From NCBI GenBank assembly GCA_903824785.1, contig CAIJYD010000051.1, positions 45,926 through 109,925 of the forward strand: a DNA stretch of 64,000 nucleotides, given 5' to 3'. Numbering within the stretch: position 1 is the stretch's first letter; every line of letters starts with the position of its first letter. This document shows, one piece after another, positions 50,699-59,234 of the stretch. The notes under the pieces were generated by a model that was not told the origin of the DNA, made no database searches, and saw nothing but the letters and a program-made list of their open reading frames with translations. The DNA comes from an uncultured Bacteroidota bacterium (GTDB taxonomy: Bacteria > Bacteroidota > Bacteroidia > Bacteroidales > VadinHA17). A program made the translations under genes and the position numbers.

Positions 50699-52012
50699 TT
50701 AATAACTTCCGGTTTTGCTGCCTGTTTTTGTCTTCAGATCCAAAGGAGGAGCCGGAGAAAATAAGAACTTACCATTCCTTACTTCAGCCATAAATATGTC
50801 TCCCATATCATTCCAGCTTCCATCCAATATAATCTTCCCGGTTATCCCCTGATATCCCTGAAATGTCTTTCTGTCGGTAAGCACATCGCGCAGAAGGACG
50901 CGGTTAAGTCCCACTTTACGGATAGCTTCAATAGTTATGTTCATACCATCATAAGCATGTGCAGCAAACACATCTGGCTCCTGTCCAAACCTCTTCAGGT
51001 AATCTGCCTGAAAGGTTTTCAGTTTAGGATTATCCGAATCAGGATTATACTGACAAGTAGTAACAACACCTTCAGCCAGATTGCCGGCTATTTTCAGAAA
51101 CTCAGGAGAAACAACCCTGTCGGAACAATAGACAGGCTGTTTCAAGCCTGCTGAACGAATCTGTTTGAGAATAAGTGCTGACTCTTTTGCATTTCCCCAA
51201 ACTAAAATTGCATCAGGTGAAGTTCTTTTAATCCTTTCGAGTTGTGAAGTAAAATCGATATCTCCGTCAAGAAACCGTTCTTCAATGACAACCGGATGGC
51301 CAATGCGGATTGCCGCATCGGTATATTCCTTTATACCCACACGTCCATACCGGTTATTAGGTCTGATAACAGCAACACGGGTATGTCCCTCCTTTTCATG
51401 TATATAATTAAGCAATGCGTATGAGCTGGCTCTGTCATCGCTTATCACACGAATCGTCCAGGGTATGTTTGTCTCTGTATAAGTTGGGTCGGGATTTCCT
51501 GTACAGACCATAAAGATCTCAAGCTTTAAAGCAGCACGCAGGGCAACATGGGAAACAATATCGTCAATTGAGCCAAGAAAGAGCCAGACTTTTTCATCAT
51601 CCATTTTTACCACTTCGTTGGCTGCAGCACCCCATAAACCGGCATCATTATGAGGCATTAAGACAAACGGCAAACCACGGTAACCTCCTTTTTTATTAGC
51701 CGCTTCAAGGGCCAGTGTTGCTCCCTGAAGCATCTGCAAACCCTGAGGAACCATTATAGAACCGCTTAAAGGCCCGAGAAAACCAATTCTTACTTCTTTC
51801 AGACCAGAAGGGGCAAGTTTTTCACGACCGGCACCATTAAACGTGAGAGGGATAAGAAAGTGATATTTATAAGCTTTAGTGAAATTCTGATATGGGAAGA
51901 TCTCATCAGGTGCTTTTCCGTAGTTCTGTGTTTTCTCCTGTCCATAAACGAAGGAAACAGGAAGAATAAAAATCAACACAAAGATTGCAGTAGAACAGAA
52001 TTTAGCTTTCAT
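50699..52012 (-). CDS. LivK-type (Peripla_BP_6) periplasmic substrate-binding protein, orphan paralogue
   Basis: Start moved to the Met of [25 protein letters not shown] (signal peptide). The longest ORF (to 52063) would overlap the upstream gene by 41 nt. [19 protein letters not shown] parallels the other binding protein. Confidence 0.75.
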   Translation of the reverse strand: MKAKFCSTAIFVLIFILPVSFVYGQEKTQNYGKAPDEIFPYQNFTKAYKYHFLIPLTFNGAGREKLAPSGLKEVRIGFLGPLSGSIMVPQGLQMLQGATLALEAANKKGGYRGLPFVLMPHNDAGLWGAAANEVVKMDDEKVWLFLGSIDDIVSHVALRAALKLEIFMVCTGNPDPTYTETNIPWTIRVISDDRASSYALLNYIHEKEGHTRVAVIRPNNRYGRVGIKEYTDAAIRIGHPVVIEERFLDGDIDFTSQLERIKRTSPDAILVWGNAKESALILKQIRSAGLKQPVYCSDRVVSPEFLKIAGNLAEGVVTTCQYNPDSDNPKLKTFQADYLKRFGQEPDVFAAHAYDGMNITIEAIRKVGLNRVLLRDVLTDRKTFQGYQGITGKIILDGSWNDMGDIFMAEVRNGKFLFSPAPPLDLKTKTGSKTGSY

Positions 52013-52022
52013 TATTCTTTTA

Positions 52023-52598
52023 TTATACAGATTTACATATTGCGTATGCTTCAATTTCAACAAGCAGGGTCTCCCAGCATAATCTTGCCTGAATCCCTGT
52101 GCTTGCCGGAAGAGGATCGAGATTCATCCACTGATAAAAAGAGGTACGGATCTTATTGAATTCGGCATAATCCCGCTCAATGTCCCTGAGGTAATTTGTT
52201 GTTCTCACAACATCGTGCCACGACATTCCTTCTGCCTCCAGAAGTGTTGTAATATTGCGGTATGTTCTCCATAGCTGAGCCTTAAAATCACCAATATGTT
52301 CAGGTTTCCCCTCTTCATTTACGCTGGCAGTACCCGAAATCAATAAAACTTTATAGCCTCCAAAGTCAAGTCGCAACGCTCTTGAGAAAGAGGATGGTTT
52401 CTGGTAGTCGTAAGCTTCATTCAATACCTGAGGAGCATGCACAACATGTTTCTCTATCGGAGGACGACCTATATGCACGGAAGGATAGATGAACCCTGAT
52501 ATCTTGTTCTCATCCGTCAACATTCCGAGTTTTTTCATCTCAATCTTTTCTCCATCTGTAAGTTTTGCCAGATCAATCAGTAACTGCTTATCACCCAT
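52023..52598 (-). CDS. RidA/YjgF-fold protein with a chorismatase-like (FkbO/Hyg5-type) ISGTAS signature
   Basis: The C-terminal 130 aa follow the YjgF pattern (...VRTTNYLRDI...PASTGIQARL...LVEIEAYA). The active-site strand reads LLISGTASVNEEGKPEHIGDFKAQ rather than the SGQ of canonical RidA. There is a ~60-aa N-terminal extension and no signal peptide. Confidence 0.6.
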   Translation of the reverse strand: MGDKQLLIDLAKLTDGEKIEMKKLGMLTDENKISGFIYPSVHIGRPPIEKHVVHAPQVLNEAYDYQKPSSFSRALRLDFGGYKVLLISGTASVNEEGKPEHIGDFKAQLWRTYRNITTLLEAEGMSWHDVVRTTNYLRDIERDYAEFNKIRTSFYQWMNLDPLPASTGIQARLCWETLLVEIEAYAICKSV

Positions 52599-52652
52599 TA
52601 TTTCTTATATTTTAATTTTAATATTCGTTTTAGTATTTTCAGTGAACTGTTT

Positions 52653-53852
52653 TTATTTCATCAACTCCCCGCGGCTTACTCCTTTTGAAGTGGCAACCCA
52701 TAATACGTCAGCATCAGCATCAACACCAATAATAAAATTATGTGAAATTGATGGAGAGAGCGGAAGTTCTTTTTTCTGAGTACCATTTATTATTATGGCC
52801 ATTCCATTACTATTGTTTTCATTCTTTTTATAGGTAACCCAGTTTTTCCCGTCCGTAGTACTAAGTCCCTTATCGGAGCAGATAAAAACCCATGGCCCCT
52901 CTGCCCGTACAAAGTTGATGAAATTACTTGCAAGACCGCTGTCGTGATCAAAAAATCCCTTCCAGTGAGAACCATCATAACTGGATAATCCAAAGTAGGT
53001 TGACACCCATAGCATTCCATTAGCGTATGTTGTTCCGGTTGTTATATCATGAACAGGGCCATCATCGGGAAGAAGATCTATTTCCATCTCTCCGTCTGGA
53101 TCAGTGTAGTCTCTGAACTGTTTTGTTTTGGTTGTATATTCTATTACTCCTCCGCCCCAGGCAGCAATAAAGATCTTGCCATCTCCTGCAGAGATTCCGT
53201 ATGTCCATGGTTCATGCATAGGAGCATTCTTTTCAGTAAAAATCTCCCACTTTTTTGTATAGGTATCATATTGGCCGGCACCACCTCCTGTTGCAACCCA
53301 AACATCTTTCCCATCACAGATAACGCAATAGACCAGATCGTTTGGCATTCCGCTGTTGAACTGGGTAAAATTTTCAAATTTACCTCCCGACCAGCAGCTT
53401 AATCCTCCAAGGGTTCCGATCCAGACATCACCAGTAATTTCACTGACATCAATTGATACAACCCCGTTATGCGGCAACCCATCTTTTGAAGTATAGGTCC
53501 GCCACTTGCCTTTTTCATAAACGGCAAGCCCATCATGAGTACCAACTAATACCCTGTCGCCGTCAATACGAACGCAATAGGCTTTATCAGAAGGCAATCC
53601 GTCTTTTGTTGTAAAATTTTTCCAATTACCATATACAGGTACAGGTTTTGAATCCGCTTTCGAATCACTTGTTTTACTGCCAGTTTCAGTCAATCCTTTC
53701 AGATTACCATCAGTAACCGGCTTATCCGCAGTTATATCATTTCTATAGCCAGGCTGATTCTCAACAATGATAAATCCTGTTGAAAGTAAACCTGAAATGG
53801 CAACCGGGAGCATAGCAAATTTAAACCAATTCCTTTTATCTCTCTTTTTCAT
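52653..53852 (-). CDS. membrane-anchored beta-propeller built from two-component-regulator propeller (Reg_prop) repeats, no output domain
   Basis: N-terminal TM helix. Repeated units of the form F/Y-T-x-x-DGLP-x-x-x-V-x-x-I-x(n)-VW-x-G/A-T-x-GG-L (for example FTTKDGLPSDKAYCVRIDGDRVLVGTHDGLAVY and YTSKDGLPHNGVVSIDVSEITGDVWIGTLGGLSCW). Confidence 0.7.
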   Translation of the reverse strand: MKKRDKRNWFKFAMLPVAISGLLSTGFIIVENQPGYRNDITADKPVTDGNLKGLTETGSKTSDSKADSKPVPVYGNWKNFTTKDGLPSDKAYCVRIDGDRVLVGTHDGLAVYEKGKWRTYTSKDGLPHNGVVSIDVSEITGDVWIGTLGGLSCWSGGKFENFTQFNSGMPNDLVYCVICDGKDVWVATGGGAGQYDTYTKKWEIFTEKNAPMHEPWTYGISAGDGKIFIAAWGGGVIEYTTKTKQFRDYTDPDGEMEIDLLPDDGPVHDITTGTTYANGMLWVSTYFGLSSYDGSHWKGFFDHDSGLASNFINFVRAEGPWVFICSDKGLSTTDGKNWVTYKKNENNSNGMAIIINGTQKKELPLSPSISHNFIIGVDADADVLWVATSKGVSRGELMK

Positions 53853-53870
53853 ATTTTGTCTCTTTTTATA

Positions 53871-55895
53871 TTAAAATGAAGCATGATATAACTTTGAAGA
53901 TTTATGTTCATAGGCCGGAGCTCTAAGTGATTTCAGATAATCGACCAGATCGTTAAGCTGATTTTTTGTCATGTCATTTGCCAGTCCATGCTTATCTTCC
54001 TTACCATACTTTGTCCAAATCTCTTCAAGAGTCGCTGCGCGTCCATCGTGCAAATAGGGAGGGGACGCAAAAATATTATTAAGGTGTGGTGTGTCAAACT
54101 GAATCGAATCGTCAGATATAGCCAGCGTACCTACACTGGCAAGTTTTAAATTTGTAAAATATGGCGGAGGATGACAGGTAATGCATCTATTATTTTCAGG
54201 GATTATTTTACCTGTATTATCCTTTGAACGTTCAAAAAGATCTTTCCCCCGAAGCTGCGATTCAGTAAGTTTTCCTTCGGGGTTATACTGCAGATTAGGA
54301 GGATAATGAATTCCTGTTATTATATAGGCTGTTATTGCATCAAGGTTATTATAACTAAACTGTTCAGTCCTTGTAAGAACAGTAGAAAATCTCATCCCGT
54401 CCTGTTTGTAAACGGTCTGGTTTTTACCATTCCATTTAAATGGAGGGGTATCGCCAATATCGCGTAATGACTGGGTATTGGTAAGGTTACGTCCCATATC
54501 TTTTGAGGCCATATTGTACACAAGGCCATCCTCATGCATATCGGGGTGGCAGGTATAGCAATCGAACTGATTCTGAAATGTATGTCCTGAATTGTTAAAA
54601 AGCCTGCGCCCCTGACGGGCAACAGTAATTCTCCGCGGACCGCCAAGATCGATAGAATTGATTTTCTCAAGCGTTTCAGTATTTATAACTCCAATCCTGT
54701 CTTCGAGCTGTTCGGCAACATAAAGACGTTTCCCGTCAGGAGAAAGAACGAGTCCTTTAGGATCAGCACCGGTTTTAATGCGTTTGATAACATAGCGGCT
54801 GCTTATTCCAAGATTATTCGAATAAGTTTTAACCACTTCAGGTGTAGCTTCAGCAATTAAGCTCCTTACAGAGTCGATATCGACAACAGAAATGCAATTA
54901 ACACCGGAATTTGAAATAAAAGCTTTTTTGCCATCCGGAGAGATAACAATATCGAAGGGATCGCAATAATAGGCATTCGGTTCATCGAGCAAAAGCTGAA
55001 TAACCCGGCCATTTTCCTTCTGTTCAACAATACCTATTCCATAAGTCATCATCCACCCCTGTTCAACCTGTATTGAAGGAACAAGGTTCTTTGGTCTGAT
55101 AAGTGTAATTATTGCCAGATCTCCGCCCGGAGTAAAGGCAATGTTCTCCATGATATATGCCGATTCTATGGTCTTTCGTTCAGTAACTCTTTGCCTGCTC
55201 TCATCAATTACAGTAAGCTCACTTTTAAGGGTATCGCCGTATGGGGCAAGAAGAGCACGCCTGCTGGTAACATATAAAGTTTTGCCATCGGGTGAAAGCT
55301 GGGTTCCTGTAGGATTATTACCTGCAGTAAATCTTTTTCGTTCTTCTCCGGTATTGAGGTCAATAACAGTAACATCTGAAGAAAAAGAATTTACGATATA
55401 AAGTAATTTGTCGTCGGCGCTTAAGGAGAGGCCTGCAGGACCATTTCCTGTTAAAAGAGTATCAACCACCTTCGATTTGGCCAGATCTATTACCGACACA
55501 TTATCAGACCACTGATTACTCACATAAGCCTTTTCTCCCCTGTCATCAATTACCACACTATGAGGGTACTCTCCGACTTTTATCTTATTTAATACCTTAT
55601 GACTTTCAGGATCAACTACCATCAACGTATTTGCCTCCTGTGCCACGACATATAGTCTGTCACCGTTTTTGGAAACAGCCATATTGAACGGCGAATAATA
55701 ATCAGCATTAATAAGCTTTGAGACAAGTGGATTCTTTGAGGTATAAAGATGGCAGGAGATACAGAGAAGAGGATGATCTTCAACAGCAGTCTTGGTATTA
55801 ACATGTTTCCGGGCTATTTTGCGTCCGGGGAAATATATGGCCAAACCAACCACAAAAAGAATTCCAAAAATCAACAATAATTTTGATGTCTTCAT
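53871..55895 (-). CDS. tri-haem c-type cytochrome: YVTN-type beta-propeller fused to a di-haem cytochrome c peroxidase/MauG-like domain
   Basis: N-terminal TM anchor. Three CxxCH motifs (CISCH, CYTCH, CITCH). YVTN-like blades (LYVVAQEANTLMVVD, AYVSNQWSDNVSVIDL, LYIVNSFSSDVTVIDL, LYVAEQLEDRIGVIN). The C-terminal TPHLNNIFASPPYLHDGRAATLEEIW matches the CCP/MauG signature. Confidence 0.8.
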   Translation of the reverse strand: MKTSKLLLIFGILFVVGLAIYFPGRKIARKHVNTKTAVEDHPLLCISCHLYTSKNPLVSKLINADYYSPFNMAVSKNGDRLYVVAQEANTLMVVDPESHKVLNKIKVGEYPHSVVIDDRGEKAYVSNQWSDNVSVIDLAKSKVVDTLLTGNGPAGLSLSADDKLLYIVNSFSSDVTVIDLNTGEERKRFTAGNNPTGTQLSPDGKTLYVTSRRALLAPYGDTLKSELTVIDESRQRVTERKTIESAYIMENIAFTPGGDLAIITLIRPKNLVPSIQVEQGWMMTYGIGIVEQKENGRVIQLLLDEPNAYYCDPFDIVISPDGKKAFISNSGVNCISVVDIDSVRSLIAEATPEVVKTYSNNLGISSRYVIKRIKTGADPKGLVLSPDGKRLYVAEQLEDRIGVINTETLEKINSIDLGGPRRITVARQGRRLFNNSGHTFQNQFDCYTCHPDMHEDGLVYNMASKDMGRNLTNTQSLRDIGDTPPFKWNGKNQTVYKQDGMRFSTVLTRTEQFSYNNLDAITAYIITGIHYPPNLQYNPEGKLTESQLRGKDLFERSKDNTGKIIPENNRCITCHPPPYFTNLKLASVGTLAISDDSIQFDTPHLNNIFASPPYLHDGRAATLEEIWTKYGKEDKHGLANDMTKNQLNDLVDYLKSLRAPAYEHKSSKLYHASF

Positions 55896-55897
55896 AT

Positions 55898-57337
55898 CTA
55901 TTCCAATGAAATCTTTTTTTCAGCGATTTTACTAATGTGAACCGGAATAACGACCGGAGGATTTTTAACTGACATTGACAACCTGTTTTCCGGAACTATC
56001 TCACGGTCCTCATGGCATCCGACACATCCACGCCTCTCATTTGGCCTTAGCCAGATCCAGCCACCCGGTCCGTTCAGAACTTTTCCTTTTTCATCAATCG
56101 TCTGAATCCTGAATGGGGTATCAGCTATCACTTTTAAATAGACCGAGCCATCTTTCTCAACATTTACCACACCAAGTGTTGAATCAATTCCCAGAACCTC
56201 AATCATACCGGCGTTGAGAACAGAGACTGAACTTACTGATAGGGGATCCGTGAAATTGATATCCTGGCAAAAGAGCAACCCCGATTTCACTCCAAAATCT
56301 ACTTCGCTTGGCAATTTTTTTGGTCTGTCATGTGTTTCAACTGCAACAGCTTCCAGAACATTGTAATCTGCATTGCTATAAAGAACAGATCCGAGAGATT
56401 TTTTATCAGGATCAAATTCATAAAGTGAATATGTTTTTGCTTCCGGCGAACGGTAAGAAACCATAAGTTTTCCTGAATTTAAAGGGAAGGGAGGACCGAA
56501 ACTTCCTTTAATTTCGGAAGTTAAATTAACCCTGCTGTGCAAAGGGCGGTTATATTTAACTGAAATTAAATTTCCTCCTGACAGGGTATCGGAGTCTGAT
56601 TCTGTAAATATTATATTTCCATTTGTAGTTTCCCTTATCCTGCTTTGCAAAATACTACCCTCCAATCCTTTATAGAATAGTTCCGATTTTGTGCCGTCAG
56701 GTCTTAAAACCATCAGCACAGGATCACGATTATCCGGGAAAAGTTGTCTGCTGATTGTCACTACGCGACCATCTTTTAAAACAGAAGAAGCGAAATAAGT
56801 ATGAGGATTGAAAGTAACACGTTTAAGGTCAGAACCATCAAGGTTGCAAGTATAGAGTGAATGCCCTGCCTTCATTGTTTCTTTCATATCGATCTTGCTG
56901 AATAAGATGCGTCCTCCAGGTAAATAAGCAGGATCGATACAGTTTTCCAATGAAGAGAAAACCTGTTTTATTTTCATATTATTCAGATTCATCTCCCAGA
57001 TCTGCCACGGATCGTTCTGTTTTTGCTGAGCAGAAAAGAGCATCGATCCGGCATCATAAGAAATATCAGGAGAGAGTGCAGAATAGAATCCTCCTGTAAG
57101 CAGCTTAACCGGTTTTTCTGGTTTACCGGGGTCAATTGCAACAATGTTAGCCTGAGAAATATATCGCCAGGAATCTCCGGAAAAATAATTTCCTTTCTTT
57201 ATCTCTCCTGCATATTGAGTTAAAATGACCATCCCGTTCATTGACTTTCCCCTGCAGGAAGAAAAGAAAATGGTAAATAAGCCAATAGCCACTATTAATA
57301 AGAGTGAAAGGGCAGCTCTGTTTCTGTTCATTAACAA
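55898..57337 (-). CDS. TolB-like beta-propeller lipoprotein with a C-terminal single CxxCH haem-binding motif
   Basis: Lipobox FFSSC. TolB/WD40-like blades (DPWQIWEMNLNNMKIKQV, LYTCNLDGSDLKRVTF, VLRPDGTKSELFY). The C-terminal segment is WIWLRPNERRGCVGCHEDRE. Lies 2 nt from the next gene. Confidence 0.7.
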   Translation of the reverse strand: MLMNRNRAALSLLLIVAIGLFTIFFSSCRGKSMNGMVILTQYAGEIKKGNYFSGDSWRYISQANIVAIDPGKPEKPVKLLTGGFYSALSPDISYDAGSMLFSAQQKQNDPWQIWEMNLNNMKIKQVFSSLENCIDPAYLPGGRILFSKIDMKETMKAGHSLYTCNLDGSDLKRVTFNPHTYFASSVLKDGRVVTISRQLFPDNRDPVLMVLRPDGTKSELFYKGLEGSILQSRIRETTNGNIIFTESDSDTLSGGNLISVKYNRPLHSRVNLTSEIKGSFGPPFPLNSGKLMVSYRSPEAKTYSLYEFDPDKKSLGSVLYSNADYNVLEAVAVETHDRPKKLPSEVDFGVKSGLLFCQDINFTDPLSVSSVSVLNAGMIEVLGIDSTLGVVNVEKDGSVYLKVIADTPFRIQTIDEKGKVLNGPGGWIWLRPNERRGCVGCHEDREIVPENRLSMSVKNPPVVIPVHISKIAEKKISLE

Positions 57338-57343
57338 CTATTT

Positions 57344-59041
57344 TTAAGGTTCTTTAACCGAAAGGATCTGATTAGCTTTGACATTCTCCAAGACCTGAAC
57401 TTTACCTGATGGCCACTTAATTTCAATTTTTTCAACCATCTCATTTTTTGCAAGTCCAAAATGGAGACGAGGATCATTCTGTGAAAGGTAACCTGTTGTA
57501 CTTCTTTTCTGTGCTGTCTGAACTTTTCCACCGGAAATGACCTTTATCCTGGAGCCTAATCCATCTCTGTTACTGGTAGTTCCTGTTAAATCGAGGGTGA
57601 GCCAGTTATTCTGATTTCCTTTATTGTTTCGCAGTAATACTCCCCGGTCGTTAAGGTTCACTATAAAGGCATCAATATCGCCGTCGTTGTCGTAATCACC
57701 CAGACATGCTCCGCGCCCAACCAGCTCTTTCTGAAAGTATTTTCCACGTTCAGTTGAAACATCAAGGAATTTTCCATCGCCTGAATTTTCAAATATCTGG
57801 TCTTCATGCCCGTACAGATGCTTCAAGGCACCATTTGTTTTAAAAATGTCCACATCACCATCATTGTCATAATCCACAAAAGAGGATGACCATCCGACAT
57901 ACTGGGCTGCTGCCATTGAAATACCGGAACTATAAGATCTGTCAGAAAAGACGCCGTTCCCAATGTTTTCATAAAGAGAACAGTACTTATCATCAGAAAC
58001 GAACAGGTCGAGAAGTCCGTCTCCGTTATAGTCGGCAAAATCGACCGACATACTTACAGTTGCTTCTCCTGCCTGGCTGAAGGCTGTTCCCGACATTGTC
58101 CCCTTATCAGTAAATCCTTTCCCTCCGTCGTTATGCCAGAGATAATTCACTGTATGATCATTTGCTACATAAACATCCACGAAACCATCATCATCATAAT
58201 CGGCTGCCCCCACGCCCATGGCCCTTCCGTCAAGGTCGGTTATTCCCATGGCTTTGGTAACATCTTCAAAGATACCATCTCCCATGTTGTGGTAAAGGAA
58301 ATCCGGCTGACTGTCATAAGCCATAGGGCCCGGAAATCCATCGGGAGCATAGTAATATTTATACTGAGGATCAAAATTCAGGTAGTTCCCGACGTAAAGA
58401 TCAAGCAGGCCGTCATTATCATAATCAAACCAGACAGCTCCTATACTGCATTCATTTCCTGCTACTTTGGCTTTTTTTGTTACATCAGAAAAAGTTCCGT
58501 TACCATTGTTTTTATAAAGTACATTGGGGCCGTAATTACTTACATAAAGGTCAGGAAAACCATCGTTATTAAAATCGCCTACTGTTACACCCATGCTGTA
58601 GCCATGACCACCGACACCGGCTTTTTTGGTAACATCTTCGAAGGTACCATTCTGAAGGTTACGGTAAAGATGGTTCTCAGGCAACTTACCGGGTTTTTCG
58701 GTCCCGGTGAAACCTTCGAGCCATGTCCCGCTGCAGACATATAAATCAATATAGCTATCCTTATCATAATCAAGAAAAGCAGCTCCGCCACCGCTTGATT
58801 CGACAATATTGGTGAGATGTTCAGCACCTATAGAATGGACAAAATCAAGTCCGATCTCCTCATCTATCTCCTGAAAAAAATCATCATTTGCCGGTGCAAG
58901 AATTTCAGCAGATTGCTTCTTCAACTGTGAGGAAGGCTTATTATCCGACTGGCATCCGGACAGTATCAGCATAATAAAGAAGACGGATAATAAATACCCA
59001 TAATCATTCACACTGATGTAAATATTTCTAATTGTAATCAT
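57344..59041 (-). CDS. CRTAC1-family lipoprotein (FG-GAP repeats with C-terminal ASPIC/UnbV domain), first gene of the array
   Basis: Lipobox ILSGC. FG-GAP motifs (LDYDKDSYIDLYV, GDFNNDGFPDLYV, FDYDNDGLLDLYV, ADYDDDGFVDVYV, ADYNGDGLLDLFV, VDYDNDGDVDIF, GDYDNDGDIDAFI). ASPIC block NNWLTLDLTGTTSNRDGLGSRIKV...RLHFGLA...IKWPSG. Confidence 0.85.
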   Translation of the reverse strand: MITIRNIYISVNDYGYLLSVFFIMLILSGCQSDNKPSSQLKKQSAEILAPANDDFFQEIDEEIGLDFVHSIGAEHLTNIVESSGGGAAFLDYDKDSYIDLYVCSGTWLEGFTGTEKPGKLPENHLYRNLQNGTFEDVTKKAGVGGHGYSMGVTVGDFNNDGFPDLYVSNYGPNVLYKNNGNGTFSDVTKKAKVAGNECSIGAVWFDYDNDGLLDLYVGNYLNFDPQYKYYYAPDGFPGPMAYDSQPDFLYHNMGDGIFEDVTKAMGITDLDGRAMGVGAADYDDDGFVDVYVANDHTVNYLWHNDGGKGFTDKGTMSGTAFSQAGEATVSMSVDFADYNGDGLLDLFVSDDKYCSLYENIGNGVFSDRSYSSGISMAAAQYVGWSSSFVDYDNDGDVDIFKTNGALKHLYGHEDQIFENSGDGKFLDVSTERGKYFQKELVGRGACLGDYDNDGDIDAFIVNLNDRGVLLRNNKGNQNNWLTLDLTGTTSNRDGLGSRIKVISGGKVQTAQKRSTTGYLSQNDPRLHFGLAKNEMVEKIEIKWPSGKVQVLENVKANQILSVKEP

Positions 59042-59066
59042 AATGTCAGGCCTTTAGGTAGTAATA

Positions 59067-59074
59067 CAAACATA
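59067..59074 (-). promoter_or_regulatory. candidate Bacteroidota -7 promoter box (TATGTTTG) upstream of the 19-kb array
   Basis: The minus strand reads TATGTTTG, matching TAnnTTTG about 26 nt upstream of the ATG at 59041, in a 193-nt AT-rich spacer. No clear -33 element was seen. Confidence 0.3.
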
Positions 59075-59234
59075 TCCAATAATTCCTTCTTAAAATTTAT
59101 TAAAGGAATTTTAACTTTTGAAACGAATATATTTATGAGAATTTTAAGACTCCGCTCTTAAAGTTTAAAAAAAATTAACACTCTCCGGGATTATAAAAAT
59201 ATTCCGGTTTAAGAACAGAAAACAGATGCAGAAA

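Noticed and set aside
52023-52063. Apparent 41-nt overlap between the RidA-like gene and the downstream binding-protein ORF, considered as possible programmed overlap or frameshift.
   Set aside because: The binding protein has an internal Met ([13 protein letters not shown]...) that begins a proper signal peptide. Using it removes the overlap and leaves a 10-nt gap. This is a start-site artefact of longest-ORF calling.
53871-57337. Calling the haem-propeller pair a genuine hydrazine synthase or anammox module.
   Set aside because: Only the architecture is reminiscent. There is no third subunit, no hydrazine dehydrogenase or hydroxylamine oxidoreductase-type multihaem gene, and the genomic context is a saccharolytic Bacteroidota-type one. 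The resemblance is reported only as a structural analogy.
32270-59041. DNA-level repeats or a mobile element suggested by recurring GATTATGATAATGACGG-like strings.
   Set aside because: These strings are the codons of the recurrent D-Y-D-N-D-G FG-GAP calcium-binding motif in five paralogous genes. There are no flanking inverted repeats, integrase or transposase.
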